The notes under the pieces were generated by a model. That model saw only the letters and a program-made list of their open reading frames with translations, had not been told where the DNA came from and did not search any database. From the NCBI GenBank assembly GCA_000165345.1, contig CM000436.1, positions 384,001 to 448,000 on the forward strand: a DNA stretch of 64,000 nucleotides. The letters run 5' to 3'. Within the stretch, counting starts at the first letter, position 1, and each line of letters begins with the position of its first letter. Position numbers and translations under genes: made by a program. Of the stretch, positions 47,478 to 58,663 are shown in pieces.

Positions 47478-49190
47478 ATGAGTAATAGGAGACCATGTCA
47501 ATTCTATTTGAGAGGATCATGTAGATTTGGTGATAATTGTAGAGACTACCATCCAAATGGATCTATGTTTGATCAGGGTATCAATAGTAGAGGTGGTAAT
47601 GTATTGAGTGGTACTAATACAAGTGGGTTTGGAGTGGGAGGAGGTCAGTTTAATCCATTTTCTGGCTCTATTGGTAAGCCTTTAGGTGATATGAATAGTT
47701 CATTTACTTCAGGAGGAGGAACAGGTATGGGTCCATTTGGGAATTTTGGAGGTCCATTTGGAGGTGGTAGTTCAGGAGCAATAGGAGTAGGTAATGGTTC
47801 TTTTGGTGGTGGGATAACATCAAATCCATTTGGAGGTGGGAATACATCAACTACAGGATCCATTTTTGGATCAAGTCCATTTGGAAGTTCAGTTAGTGGA
47901 TCTGGTTCTTCAACAATATCTACTACAGGGCCTACAACAGGGTCTATTTTTGGGTCAAGTCCATTTGGAGGTTCAATTAGTGGGTCTGGCTCTACATCTG
48001 CAATTGGATCCAGTCCATTTGGATCTGCAGTTGGTGGATCAGGGTCAATATCTTCTTCTTCTTCTTCTTCTTCTTCTTCTTCTTCTTCTTCTTCTTCTAC
48101 AGGAAATGTTAAGCCATCAAAATCTGATAACCCAACATTACAGATTTTGGAACTCATTGGAGTAGTTGTTAATAGTGGAGTATGGCCATTTGGAAGGATA
48201 GGATTATTAAATCAGTCTCAAGATTCATCTAATTCTCAAGTATTTCCAAGTTTGGATTTAAGTATTGAAGAATATAGATGGAAGTTTTATCAGAGTGATC
48301 CAGGTAATTGGAATAATTTACATTTGGAAACTTTAAGATTACTAACACAACAATATAATTCGTTTATTGAGCAGGGAAAAATTCAATCAAAGCTTCCAGC
48401 TACACATCAACTATATAATTTAGACTTTAGTTTATATTCTAAGATTGGAAACTGGTATTTACCTAATTTAGGTAAAGACTATGTAAATAAGCCTAATAAT
48501 ACAAATACTGGTGTTACTACTACTACTATTAATACTAATACTAATACTAATAATACTACTAATACTATTGGATCTATAGCAAATCCTTTTGGAGGTACAA
48601 CATTAGGATTTGGCCAAGGAACAGTATTACAAAGTAATAATTCTAATACAAGTCCATTTGGAGTCTTTGGATCTTCTTCTGCTTCATCTTCTTCCATTAT
48701 GTCTAATAATGCTTTGAGTCCTTTTGGAGGAACAGGAGGTGGTAATGGTATTGGAAGTGGTATAGTTAACAATTCAGTATTTGGTATTACAAACCAATCA
48801 CAAACACAGTCACAACAACAACAACAACAAACATCACCTTTTTCTGGTGGTAATATTCAAACAAATATAAATCAACCACTTTCTGTTGAAAGTAGTAATA
48901 ATAACAATAATAACTTTGGTATTTTTGGATCACAAGGTACCGGTTCAAATATATCCAACAATTTTAATAATATTTTTGGAAATATAACAAATCAACAAAA
49001 TCAAACTTCAAAGTCTGCTGGAACTAATATAAAGTATTCCTATAATAACCCAGATGTGAATGATGATAATCATTCATTTAATTCTCAAAATTTACAAGAA
49101 TGGGAATTGAATGCATTTAAAAGTTCAACTTTTGAAGAAAACAAGATTCCTGAAAAGATACCTCCAAGATACCTTAGAATGTATAGTTGA
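47478..49190 (+). CDS. FG-repeat nucleoporin with N-terminal CCCH zinc finger (Nup42 / NUPL2 / hCG1-like)
   Basis: N-terminal C-x7-C-x5-C-x3-H finger CQFYLRGSCRFGDNCRDYH resembles NUPL2 CQFFLQGRCRFGDRCWNEH. Then about 450 aa of FG/PFG/GGFG repeats (NPFSGS, GPFGNFGGPFGG, SSPFGSSVSG...), a poly-Ser run, a Q6 run, and N/T-rich spacers. Confidence 0.65.
   Translation: MSNRRPCQFYLRGSCRFGDNCRDYHPNGSMFDQGINSRGGNVLSGTNTSGFGVGGGQFNPFSGSIGKPLGDMNSSFTSGGGTGMGPFGNFGGPFGGGSSGAIGVGNGSFGGGITSNPFGGGNTSTTGSIFGSSPFGSSVSGSGSSTISTTGPTTGSIFGSSPFGGSISGSGSTSAIGSSPFGSAVGGSGSISSSSSSSSSSSSSSSSTGNVKPSKSDNPTLQILELIGVVVNSGVWPFGRIGLLNQSQDSSNSQVFPSLDLSIEEYRWKFYQSDPGNWNNLHLETLRLLTQQYNSFIEQGKIQSKLPATHQLYNLDFSLYSKIGNWYLPNLGKDYVNKPNNTNTGVTTTTINTNTNTNNTTNTIGSIANPFGGTTLGFGQGTVLQSNNSNTSPFGVFGSSSASSSSIMSNNALSPFGGTGGGNGIGSGIVNNSVFGITNQSQTQSQQQQQQTSPFSGGNIQTNINQPLSVESSNNNNNNFGIFGSQGTGSNISNNFNNIFGNITNQQNQTSKSAGTNIKYSYNNPDVNDDNHSFNSQNLQEWELNAFKSSTFEENKIPEKIPPRYLRMYS
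48051..48098 (+). repeat. (TCT)16 trinucleotide microsatellite encoding poly-Ser inside the nucleoporin gene
   Basis: Perfect TCT repeat read directly. Confidence 0.9.
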
Positions 49191-49424
49191 ATGGAATACC
49201 AAATATAAACTAGCCATTATATATTTAAGTAACTTTATATTAGAAATATAATACTTATAATACAATTCTAAAAATAATAATTATAATAATAAGACTATTT
49301 ACTTGTATTTATCATAATCTTTAATCTCCAATGTCTAAATTTTTAAATGTTATATAAAACTAATATTATTCTATAACAATAATGTATAAAATTTCGAGTG
49401 AATTTATTTATATATAAAAAAAAG

Positions 49425-49498
49425 CGCCGCCACTGGGGATCGAACCCAGGACCACATGGTTAAGAGCCATGCGCTCTACCTAGCTGAGCTATAGCGGC
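49425..49498 (-). tRNA. tRNA-Lys (anticodon CUU)
   Basis: Reverse complement: GCCGCTA TA GCTC AGCTAGGTA GAGC G CATGG CTCTTAA CCATG TGGTC CTGGG TTCGATC CCCAG TGGCGGC G. It folds as a 7-bp acceptor stem (one G-U pair), D arm with A box TAGCTCAGCTAGG, anticodon loop CU-CUU-AA, and T arm with B box GGTTCGATCC. An oligo-T run (plus-strand aaaaaaaa at 49416-49423) follows the 3' end as a Pol III terminator. Confidence 0.9.
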
Positions 49499-49846
49499 TT
49501 ACGATGTACAGTACTGAGTAGAGAATAATAATAAAATAATTTTCAATAGAAATTTATAATCAATTTGACATTTTGCAGTTGGCATTTTTTTTCAGCTTGA
49601 AAAAAAAAATGTTAAAGCGGTCAAAGTTTGAAATATTTAATTAAAGTTTTTAATTTTTCTTGATCAATATTTTGAACTAATAATGCATTCAAGGAAAAGA
49701 AATTAGAAAGAAAAGAAAAGTGAGAGAAGAAGAGAGAGAATAGAAAGAAAAAAAGAATTGATGTAAATATCTTTTTTTTTAATATAACAATAGTAGCATT
49801 CAAATACAAATATAGCTATAAATTTAATTGAATAAAATAATAAAGC

Positions 49847-50835
<989 letters not shown>

Positions 50836-50839
<4 letters not shown>

Positions 50840-53800
50840 ACGTTACTCAACTGAGTATCAACATAACTCATTAACGATAGCCTGAGCTGCTCTTTTTCTT
50901 CAATATTAGCATCCACGCTCTCAAAAGATATATATGGATAATTGTGCCACTGAGACAAATCGTCATTAAGTAAATCTATTGTAGCTTTTTTTTCTCCTTG
51001 TTCATGTCCAATTCTATTCAGTCCATAGAAATCGCAGGATTCATCCCAAAATACCTTTAGTGTATCTATTAATTTCTCATTAATATATATTCCTCTATTA
51101 GGTAGAATATTCTTTTTTAAATTTGGCATGCCTTCATACTCACTCTCATCAATAAAGTCTTCAAAATTCTCTTTTTCTCCTACTCCTCCTTTTGTTCCTT
51201 CCTTTGTTCCTTCTCCTTCTATTCTTTCTCCCTCTATTTCCTCCCCTTCTTCTACTCCTACTTCTATTCCTTCTCCCCATTCTCCTACTGTTTCTAAATC
51301 CTCCTCCAAGTCTTCCATCTCAACCTCCAGCCTCTTCTCTAATTCATTTTCGTCCAAATTAGTTATATTATCGCCTCTATCATCCTCTAAATCCTCCTCC
51401 CCTTTTTTCTCCTTATCTTTCTCTTTTTCTCTTTCCCTCAAAATTTCTTCCTCACGAAATGCCTTCTTAACCTCCAATTCATTAATTATTAAATATTTCA
51501 ACAAACAACCTGGTTGCCTCATTCTAGAGCATGATTGAGAAATCTTCCATTTCTTCTTTAATATTTTCTTATCATTAAATTTACCTCCCAAATACTTATT
51601 ATACTTTAAATAATTCTCAGCCATCTTTTCAGAAACTGGAGTTAAAGGCAATTCAATTATACTATCTGATAATAACTTTAATGTATCATTCAATATATAA
51701 ACCCCGTTCCCTTTTTCTTTATCTTTCTCTCCCGTAAATTCTCTCCTTTCCTCCTTGTCTCTCTCCTCCTTTTCCTCCTCACTATCTTCTTTCACAAAAG
51801 ATAAATACTCTTCTAATGTAATATTATACTCGTAATCCTTCGCCCCTATTATATCAAAAACTGGCCTACTTTTATTTATGATTCCTTCTATACTTTCTTC
51901 TTCCAAATGTAAATGATTATAATCATTCATCATATTCTTATCCACACTATCATTTTCTTCAAAATACCTACAAGAACATAATGGGAATGGCTGAGTCTCT
52001 AAAGATGGGATATGAACACATTCATCATTAAAAATCTTAAATAACATAGATTCTTGTACCCACAATGCTCCCGGTACCTTTTTAAATTCTTTTTGATAAT
52101 CAAATCCATTTGTTATTGCTAATGGTAGTTCAACCTTTGCTGAATTCATTATCTCATTCATACTCCAATTGCTATCATCTGAATATATACCCAATTTTCT
52201 TTTATAATTATTTCTATTCCTCCTATTCTTGAAATCTTCCAAACTTTTCTTCCCCCTAACTATATAATCCTCTTCAATTACATCCAAATCTGGAGTATCT
52301 GTAAGCTGTGATGAATCCATAACAATATCTGGAGTTATATCCATTTCACTTAATATTGGAGTATTAATATCATCATTTCTTAACTCGATATTTTCATTAT
52401 CTCTTAAACCCAACTCTTCAACATTCCTTTCTTGTTCCAAATCTTTGCATTCATCCTTTTCCCAATCATCTTCACACTCCAACAACCAATCTATTAATTC
52501 CTGTCCGTTATATACTCTAGTATTATAGTATTGTCTCTTTGTTAATTGTTCATTAACCACCTCCAACTCACTATTTTTACCATCTTCTTCATCCATACCC
52601 TTATTCTCCGTTCTATTATTTTCTTTTCTTCCTCCTTTTCCTCTTATTCCTCCTCTTTTCTTTTCATGAATACAATTCCCTTCCACCATATCCTCTTGAA
52701 AATTTTGTAAGTTATCTGAACCAATAAATTTTACTCGACTTTCAATTCTTCCCATCCTATCCTCAACTTTTGGTTCCATAATCTGTGGAAACCTAACTAT
52801 TTTATTTAATTCAGACCCCAAACCATTTTCTTTCCTTAAAATGAACTGATAAAACTCTCCCAAAGATTCTTTCATTCGTTTTGTCAAATAAACTCCATTC
52901 AATTCATTCATAAATACCTGATCATACAATAACCTTCTGATCTTATCTAGCCTTTCGCTTCCTTCCATTATTTCTCCTGATACTCCTTCTCCTCTAAAGT
53001 CTATACATTCCTCTTTAACCAAATATATGTTTGTACATGATAATCTTCCACATGTACTTAAAGATAAAAATATCAAACCTTGATTTATTTTATCATCCTC
53101 ATTCTCTTCAAATCTCTCTTTATTATTTTCTGAATTATTTAATAATATATTATGACGAGAAGTACTAGGTGGAATTACCAAGTATCCTCCCATATATTCC
53201 TTCTTCAATGAAAATACTGTCAAACCTGATAATCCATGAAATATTTGAGATAAAATATTATCATCTATTGAATAACTTTCCAAAATCATATCCAATAAAT
53301 CAACATTTGATTCCAATAACTGTGTTATTTTTGGAATATAGTAATTTCTATCCTGGTTAAGATCCCATGTACCCATAGATAACTCTTTAACTCCTTTTAA
53401 ACTCATCTTATAATATTGATTTGAATTCATTTCATCATACTCTAATTCTATTAAAGAATATATTACTCTGGAATAACTTGAACAATACAGCATTAAGCCA
53501 CATTTACATATATTTATTCCTTGTTCAATCTTTACCATCTCTGGATTTACCCATTCTATATACCTAAATCTACTTGTATGATTACCTAAACTCTCTGTAA
53601 ATGGTATAGAAAACTCTCCCAACGGTATTCTTGAATTCTGATATAAATCTATTACAACAACTTTACTTGATCTTGAATCTATAAGTGCTACCAAATTTGA
53701 ATAAATCGGATGTACCGATATCCCAGTAATATTAGAATAAGAAATATTCTTTTTTCTTAATATTTGTAATTTCATTAATCTGTCTTTATATGAAACCAAG

Positions 53801-54723
53801 TTCCTCAATGTATTCTCCTCCAACTCATCTTCTTCCAAATCTATTACATTACTATCCTTACATGGAAATAACATTCTTACTTGATAATTATTTTGACTAT
53901 CCTTTTTTAATATATATAATCCTTTCCCACCCAACAAATAAGAATTTGGGTTACTTCCATATGTTATACATTGTATTACTTCATTTCCAAATTCATAAAT
54001 TGTATTCAAATTTAATTCCATCTTTTTCTCTATTATACCATACCTTAAAGATATTCTTAATATTATTCGATTTGATAATAATAATGTAAATTCTAAAAAA
54101 TCATATAAACTTGAAATTATTGAATATATGGTCACTCCAGAATTACCATTATTATTTAATAAGCCTTCAATACCTTCCATTTCTCTAAATCTATCAATTA
54201 AATCACTTATCTTACTTTTTAATAAAATTCTATACTCTAATCCCTCTTCTTGTTCACTATTTCTCAAATTCACTACAACCAATTCATCTGAAGATCTTGC
54301 AAATATGTTAATACCATTTGATTTGTCATAAAAGAAATCGCTACTTGCTTGCAACTTAATATCCATTATTGATTTCTTCATTATATTTGGTATTAACATT
54401 AATCTTTTAAAGTAAAAGTCATCCGAATCTTTAAATTTATCCAAAATGAGTACTTCTAGTCCATTATCTTCTGTACCATATCTTTGAACCAAAATAGGAC
54501 CAGATTCTATTCCTATATCCACTCCTGTACAACTCTTGACACATGATTCAATTTCATTATCTATAATCCTTGTTGAATAGACATTATAACATAAATGAGA
54601 TGGTGAATAACTGTTTTCTTTTGGTAATATTGTATTGGTTAATAAAGTTGTTATATTTGGTGCTTTATGACGCCAAACAACTCTGGAATGCCTAAGTGGA
54701 TATTGAAATATATTTTCCTTCAT
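50836..54723 (-). CDS. Large hypothetical protein (1295 aa) with a possible DEP-like segment and an E/K/G-rich C-terminus
   Basis: The long ORF has a clean ATG at 54721-54723 (MKENIFQYPL). The segment ...RVYNGQELIDWLLECEDDWEK... resembles the DEP-domain core (F.G.ELVDWL), but I cannot assign a family. Confidence 0.55.
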
Positions 54724-54897
54724 TCTTAATAATTATTAAATAACTTTTCTTAAAACTTCACATAATAAGCTTAATTCCCTCGCATTAAATACATATAAAT
54801 CAAAGAATCTTTTACTATTATTGATAACGATATTGATGATAAATTTATTACCATTCTTCTTAATGACTCATCCTGTTCCATTTTTTCCTTTGTTTGC

Positions 54898-54920
54898 TTC
54901 ATGGCGCCCAAAATTCCCAT
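54898..54920 (-). promoter_or_regulatory. E2F-like box (minus-strand TTTTGGGCGCCATGAA) about 180 bp upstream of the ATG at 54723, inside a purine-rich (sense-strand) leader
   Basis: Read directly. The surrounding region 55080-55480 is C-rich on the plus strand, so purine-rich on the gene's sense strand. Confidence 0.4.
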
Positions 54921-55494
54921 TGTTAAACTTGGAATATCAGGGCAATATAACTTCTAAAAACAATATTAAATTTAAATTAAATCATTTCATTTTCTTAGAT
55001 AAGATTATGGGGACAAATTTTGGAGTACTTAAAGGAAATTCTTGCTTAGAATTTGTTCTGTAGTAATCATTCATTATATATACTTTTTCTTATTACAACC
55101 AGCCACCCCTCATTGTGTTTTTCCCGAACACATTTTCCTGGTCAGAAATAGATGGGAGAAAAAAAAATTTGTAATTGTGAAAATACTCACAAACTTTTCC
55201 AAACACTTAAATAGTTTGAAATAATAAAAGTAAATCCACACATCTTTTTCTCGACCTCCCATCTAGACGCTTCCAATTGTTACCTTATCCACTTTATCTC
55301 CCTCGAAAAGCATAATTCATAAGCTTTATTTCTCCACAATTCCCCAAAAAATAACTTACCAACTTTGTGTATAAACCTTCATCTATAACTTTCATCTCCC
55401 CGTCACAATTAATACTGCAAATTAAATTGCTCTCCATTCTTTATAACTTTTTATTTGTTACTAAATTATAGTTCACACCTTAATTCTCCAGAAA

Positions 55495-55580
55495 AAGGCG
55501 CCAGCTCCCCCTATACCGGCAAACACTTGCAAAGAATTGGTAATACATGCATGTATGCATGTGGACAATAAATTATTAAA
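55495..55580. promoter_or_regulatory. Motif cluster AGGCGCCAG ... TATACCGGCAAAC ... ACATGCATGTATGCATGTGGACA ... G-box ACACGTGTT
   Basis: Same composite module as elsewhere, in the 1-kb intergenic region upstream of the 50836..54723 gene. Confidence 0.5.
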
Positions 55581-55745
55581 TTATACACGTGTTAAAAAAT
55601 AATAATGTGTGCAAATAGCAGAGAAGGGGGAGAGGAAGAAAAAAGAAAGTATAAAGAAAGTAAACTCTAAAAAGAAAAAGGAAATAACCAGAGAAGGAGT
55701 AGAAACAAAATAGTAATTAAGCTAGGGAAATAATATATAATCTAG

Positions 55746-58115
55746 TTATACTAATGACTTTTGTTCTTTAGTATAAGATGCAGGAATCAAAATTAGAAAT
55801 GAAAAAGTGGAAAAAAGTAATAAACAAAGGAAAAGAGCACTCCATCCATAATATTCGCTAATATAGGCAGTAAGAGTGCCTTGAGTGACAGCACCAAATG
55901 CTCCCAACCCATTAACAATACCTGTTGCCATAGAATCAATAGATTTAGTTGTAATATTAGATTTATCAAAAACATCCTGAGCTGCAGTTGAACCCAAAAT
56001 ACTATCAGGGCCCGAAACGCAGAATCCCATAAAAGCAATACCAAATAAAATAAGTAAATTTAATCCTGTTTTTGTGATTATCATGAAATATGATATACTC
56101 AAGGAAACAAATATCGACATATAACATGCAACCAAAATTCTTTTTCCTCCAAAATATGTATCAGCTATTGCACCTGCAGAAATTGCACCTGCAATACCGC
56201 CAATATCAAATAGCATTGATGAGTATCCTGCAACTGAAGGACCATAATTTAATTCACGTATTAAATAATAAGGTAACCAAAATAGCATTGAATATCTAAT
56301 CAATTTTATGAAATAGTAACTTATTGCTATGTTTAATATATTTGGTATCTTTAATAATATTATTAATTTCTCTACAAAGCCTACATCGTCCATATTTTGA
56401 ATATCAAATGAAGAGTAGATATTATTTTCCACATTATTTTCTTTTAAATTTGGATTCTGTGTAAAATCTCCATTACTACCATTTGTTGTATCCTTATTGT
56501 TTAACTGCTTTCTATTCTTTTTTGTTGGAGAGAGCTCTGAAATATAACTTAAATGATCACTAAATTCTGATTTTTCTATGCTTAATGATGTACCAAAGCC
56601 ATCATTTATGAATTTATCTCCATCTTCCATATGTAAATCAGTCATAGAGTCGTTTTCCTTCTCTGAAAGACTTTTTTGCATTAATAATTGACTGCTACTA
56701 CCACTATTTGAACTTGAATTTGCAGACATATCTTGAATTTGATGGTTCTCAAATCCCAAATTGTCTGGTTCATTCAAATAAGCCTCTCCTTCTTCTTCTT
56801 CTTCTTCTCCATTTATCAAATGAGATGAAGAAGCCAGCAAAGGATTGCTCCTTGAATCTAATAAGTTGCTACTGTACTTGGTCATCCCATTTTCTATCTC
56901 TTCTTGATGCGTCCCTTCCGCAATACTTCCCAACTCCTCATAATCTTCTTCTTTTTCAACCCTATCTATTCTGGCAGGCTTTACTATACCAATAGCTTCT
57001 AGCTCCTCTTCTCTATTGAACTTTATCTCATTATTAACTTCTTTGTTGTTATTGGAGTCTTCCATCATTACTAAAACCATATTATTTTCGTTTAATTCCT
57101 TATTTCCTACATTATCGTAAATATATAAATTCTTTGGTTTCTTTAAATACTTTAATACTATGATTCCAAAAAGAAAAACAAAAATTGATGGAATATAAAA
57201 TACAGACCTCCATCCTAACTTTAAACAAATTGAAGCTGAAAATGCTGTGGAAGCCATTGCTCCAACTTGTTGGCTTGTTGTCCAAACACCTAAAATCCTT
57301 CCTCTTTCACTCACTCCAAAACAAGTTATTAAATATTTAACTAGCATTGGATATACGCCTGCATGGAATAAACCATTGAAAAACCAAGATAACAAAAGAG
57401 AAGTTGAGCTATAAGAAATCCCAAATATTAATGATGTAATAGCTGAACAAATAAATGATATGCATATGTACTCATTCACTTTAAAGTTTTCAAACATCGT
57501 CGGAATTATTAATTGGCCAAATGCGTAAGAACCCAAAAAAGTTGTATCTATCCATCCCAAAACAGATGTAGAAAGTGATAAATCTTCTTGTATTTGTAAC
57601 TTAACAACTGAAAATGGCTTTCTCGTTGAATACAAAACTAAATATGATAAATAAGCCAAAAAGAATTTGTTATACTCGTCTTTTGACATACTAGGGAGTA
57701 ACTTTTTCATCATTGTTAAATCCATTAACTTGCTAATGAACCATTCATACCTCAAATTTATCATTCTCTTTTTTGAACTTAAAATATTTTCGATATTAAC
57801 ATTTTCCAAATTAGACATTTTCTGGCACTCATCTCCTTGTCTTACTACTATTCCTGGCTTAATCACACCATTACTTCCATTTCCCATTAACATACATAAA
57901 TTATCTATACTATTGTAATTTCTACTTGACTTTGAGCTTCCATCACAAGAAGGAAACCCTGTCGAAGTTGAATACATTGAATCATCACAACTCTCATACT
58001 TTTCCAAATAGTTAGATCTGTCAAATAATCTCAGTTCATCATTAGCGCATAAATCGATCTCCTCCTCTTCGCAATAATTACTATTGATTGCATTATTTAG
58101 CTTTAGTTCCTCCAT
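55746..58115 (-). CDS. Major facilitator superfamily transporter, organophosphate:Pi antiporter type (SLC37 / GlpT / UhpC-like), with a roughly 240-aa hydrophilic central loop
   Basis: 12 TM helices in two halves. N-half: GVSERGRILGVWTTSQQVGAM...LGWRSVFYIPS. C-half: WLPYYLIRELNYGPSVAGYSSMLFDIGGIAGAISAGAIADTYFGGKRILVA. ATG at 58113-58115. Confidence 0.65.
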   Translation of the reverse strand: MEELKLNNAINSNYCEEEEIDLCANDELRLFDRSNYLEKYESCDDSMYSTSTGFPSCDGSSKSSRNYNSIDNLCMLMGNGSNGVIKPGIVVRQGDECQKMSNLENVNIENILSSKKRMINLRYEWFISKLMDLTMMKKLLPSMSKDEYNKFFLAYLSYLVLYSTRKPFSVVKLQIQEDLSLSTSVLGWIDTTFLGSYAFGQLIIPTMFENFKVNEYICISFICSAITSLIFGISYSSTSLLLSWFFNGLFHAGVYPMLVKYLITCFGVSERGRILGVWTTSQQVGAMASTAFSASICLKLGWRSVFYIPSIFVFLFGIIVLKYLKKPKNLYIYDNVGNKELNENNMVLVMMEDSNNNKEVNNEIKFNREEELEAIGIVKPARIDRVEKEEDYEELGSIAEGTHQEEIENGMTKYSSNLLDSRSNPLLASSSHLINGEEEEEEGEAYLNEPDNLGFENHQIQDMSANSSSNSGSSSQLLMQKSLSEKENDSMTDLHMEDGDKFINDGFGTSLSIEKSEFSDHLSYISELSPTKKNRKQLNNKDTTNGSNGDFTQNPNLKENNVENNIYSSFDIQNMDDVGFVEKLIILLKIPNILNIAISYYFIKLIRYSMLFWLPYYLIRELNYGPSVAGYSSMLFDIGGIAGAISAGAIADTYFGGKRILVACYMSIFVSLSISYFMIITKTGLNLLILFGIAFMGFCVSGPDSILGSTAAQDVFDKSNITTKSIDSMATGIVNGLGAFGAVTQGTLTAYISEYYGWSALFLCLLLFSTFSFLILIPASYTKEQKSLV

Positions 58116-58631
58116 AAATTGATAAGGTATTAAACTTGGAAAATTATCAACACCTTAAAGATTAACTTTGACTTAATAATATTAACAAGAATTTTTTTCA
58201 TAGGCCAGTCCTAATTCGCCAATTTACATACTCTTTCTCGTTGCTTTATATTCAGAATGTATTATTCACAAAAATTCTGTGGTGCTTTCTTTTGCTTTTT
58301 AATCTTTCTTAATTTCCCCCCAATATCTATTTAGTAAAAAAAAAATTGAATTCCAAAAACTTACAAAATTTCAATCCCTTCAATTTCTCTTGATAATTAT
58401 TTGTAGCAAAATTATCTCAAATCAACCAATAACCAAGTCAAATAATGCTTAGCTTTATTCTCCTCCCTCCTTACACCTCAGTATTTGATATTTTATTCAA
58501 ATTATTTAAAAAAACTATATATAGGATTTTTAGTCTCCAAATCTCAATTCCATCAAAATTTATTGATTTATACTTTTTTTTATTACCTCTACTTTTTTAT
58601 ATTATTTTAATATGCTCACTCTGTGTGGAAC

Positions 58632-58651
58632 TTTCCCGCCTAGGCGGGAAA
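58632..58651. promoter_or_regulatory. Perfect 20-bp palindrome of two E2F half-sites, TTTCCCGCCTAGGCGGGAAA, followed by ACCGGGTA
   Basis: Read directly. It lies about 520 bp upstream of the MFS transporter ATG (minus strand) and 12 bp beyond the stop of the 58664.. gene. Confidence 0.6.
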
Positions 58652-58663
58652 CCGGGTATCAAT

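Noticed and set aside
47645-48165. Long ORFs antisense to, or in other frames of, the FG-nucleoporin gene (E-rich 170 aa, L/Q-rich 111 aa); also 48479..48772
   Set aside because: They are mirror-frame artefacts of the TCT/GGT/GGA repeats (poly-Ser and FG repeats read backwards give poly-Glu/poly-Pro). They have no independent start context or motifs.
51128-51538. S/P-rich 136-aa ORF on the plus strand inside the 50836..54723 gene
   Set aside because: It is the antisense reading of the E/K/G-rich C-terminal region of the minus-strand gene. Low-complexity mirror ORF.
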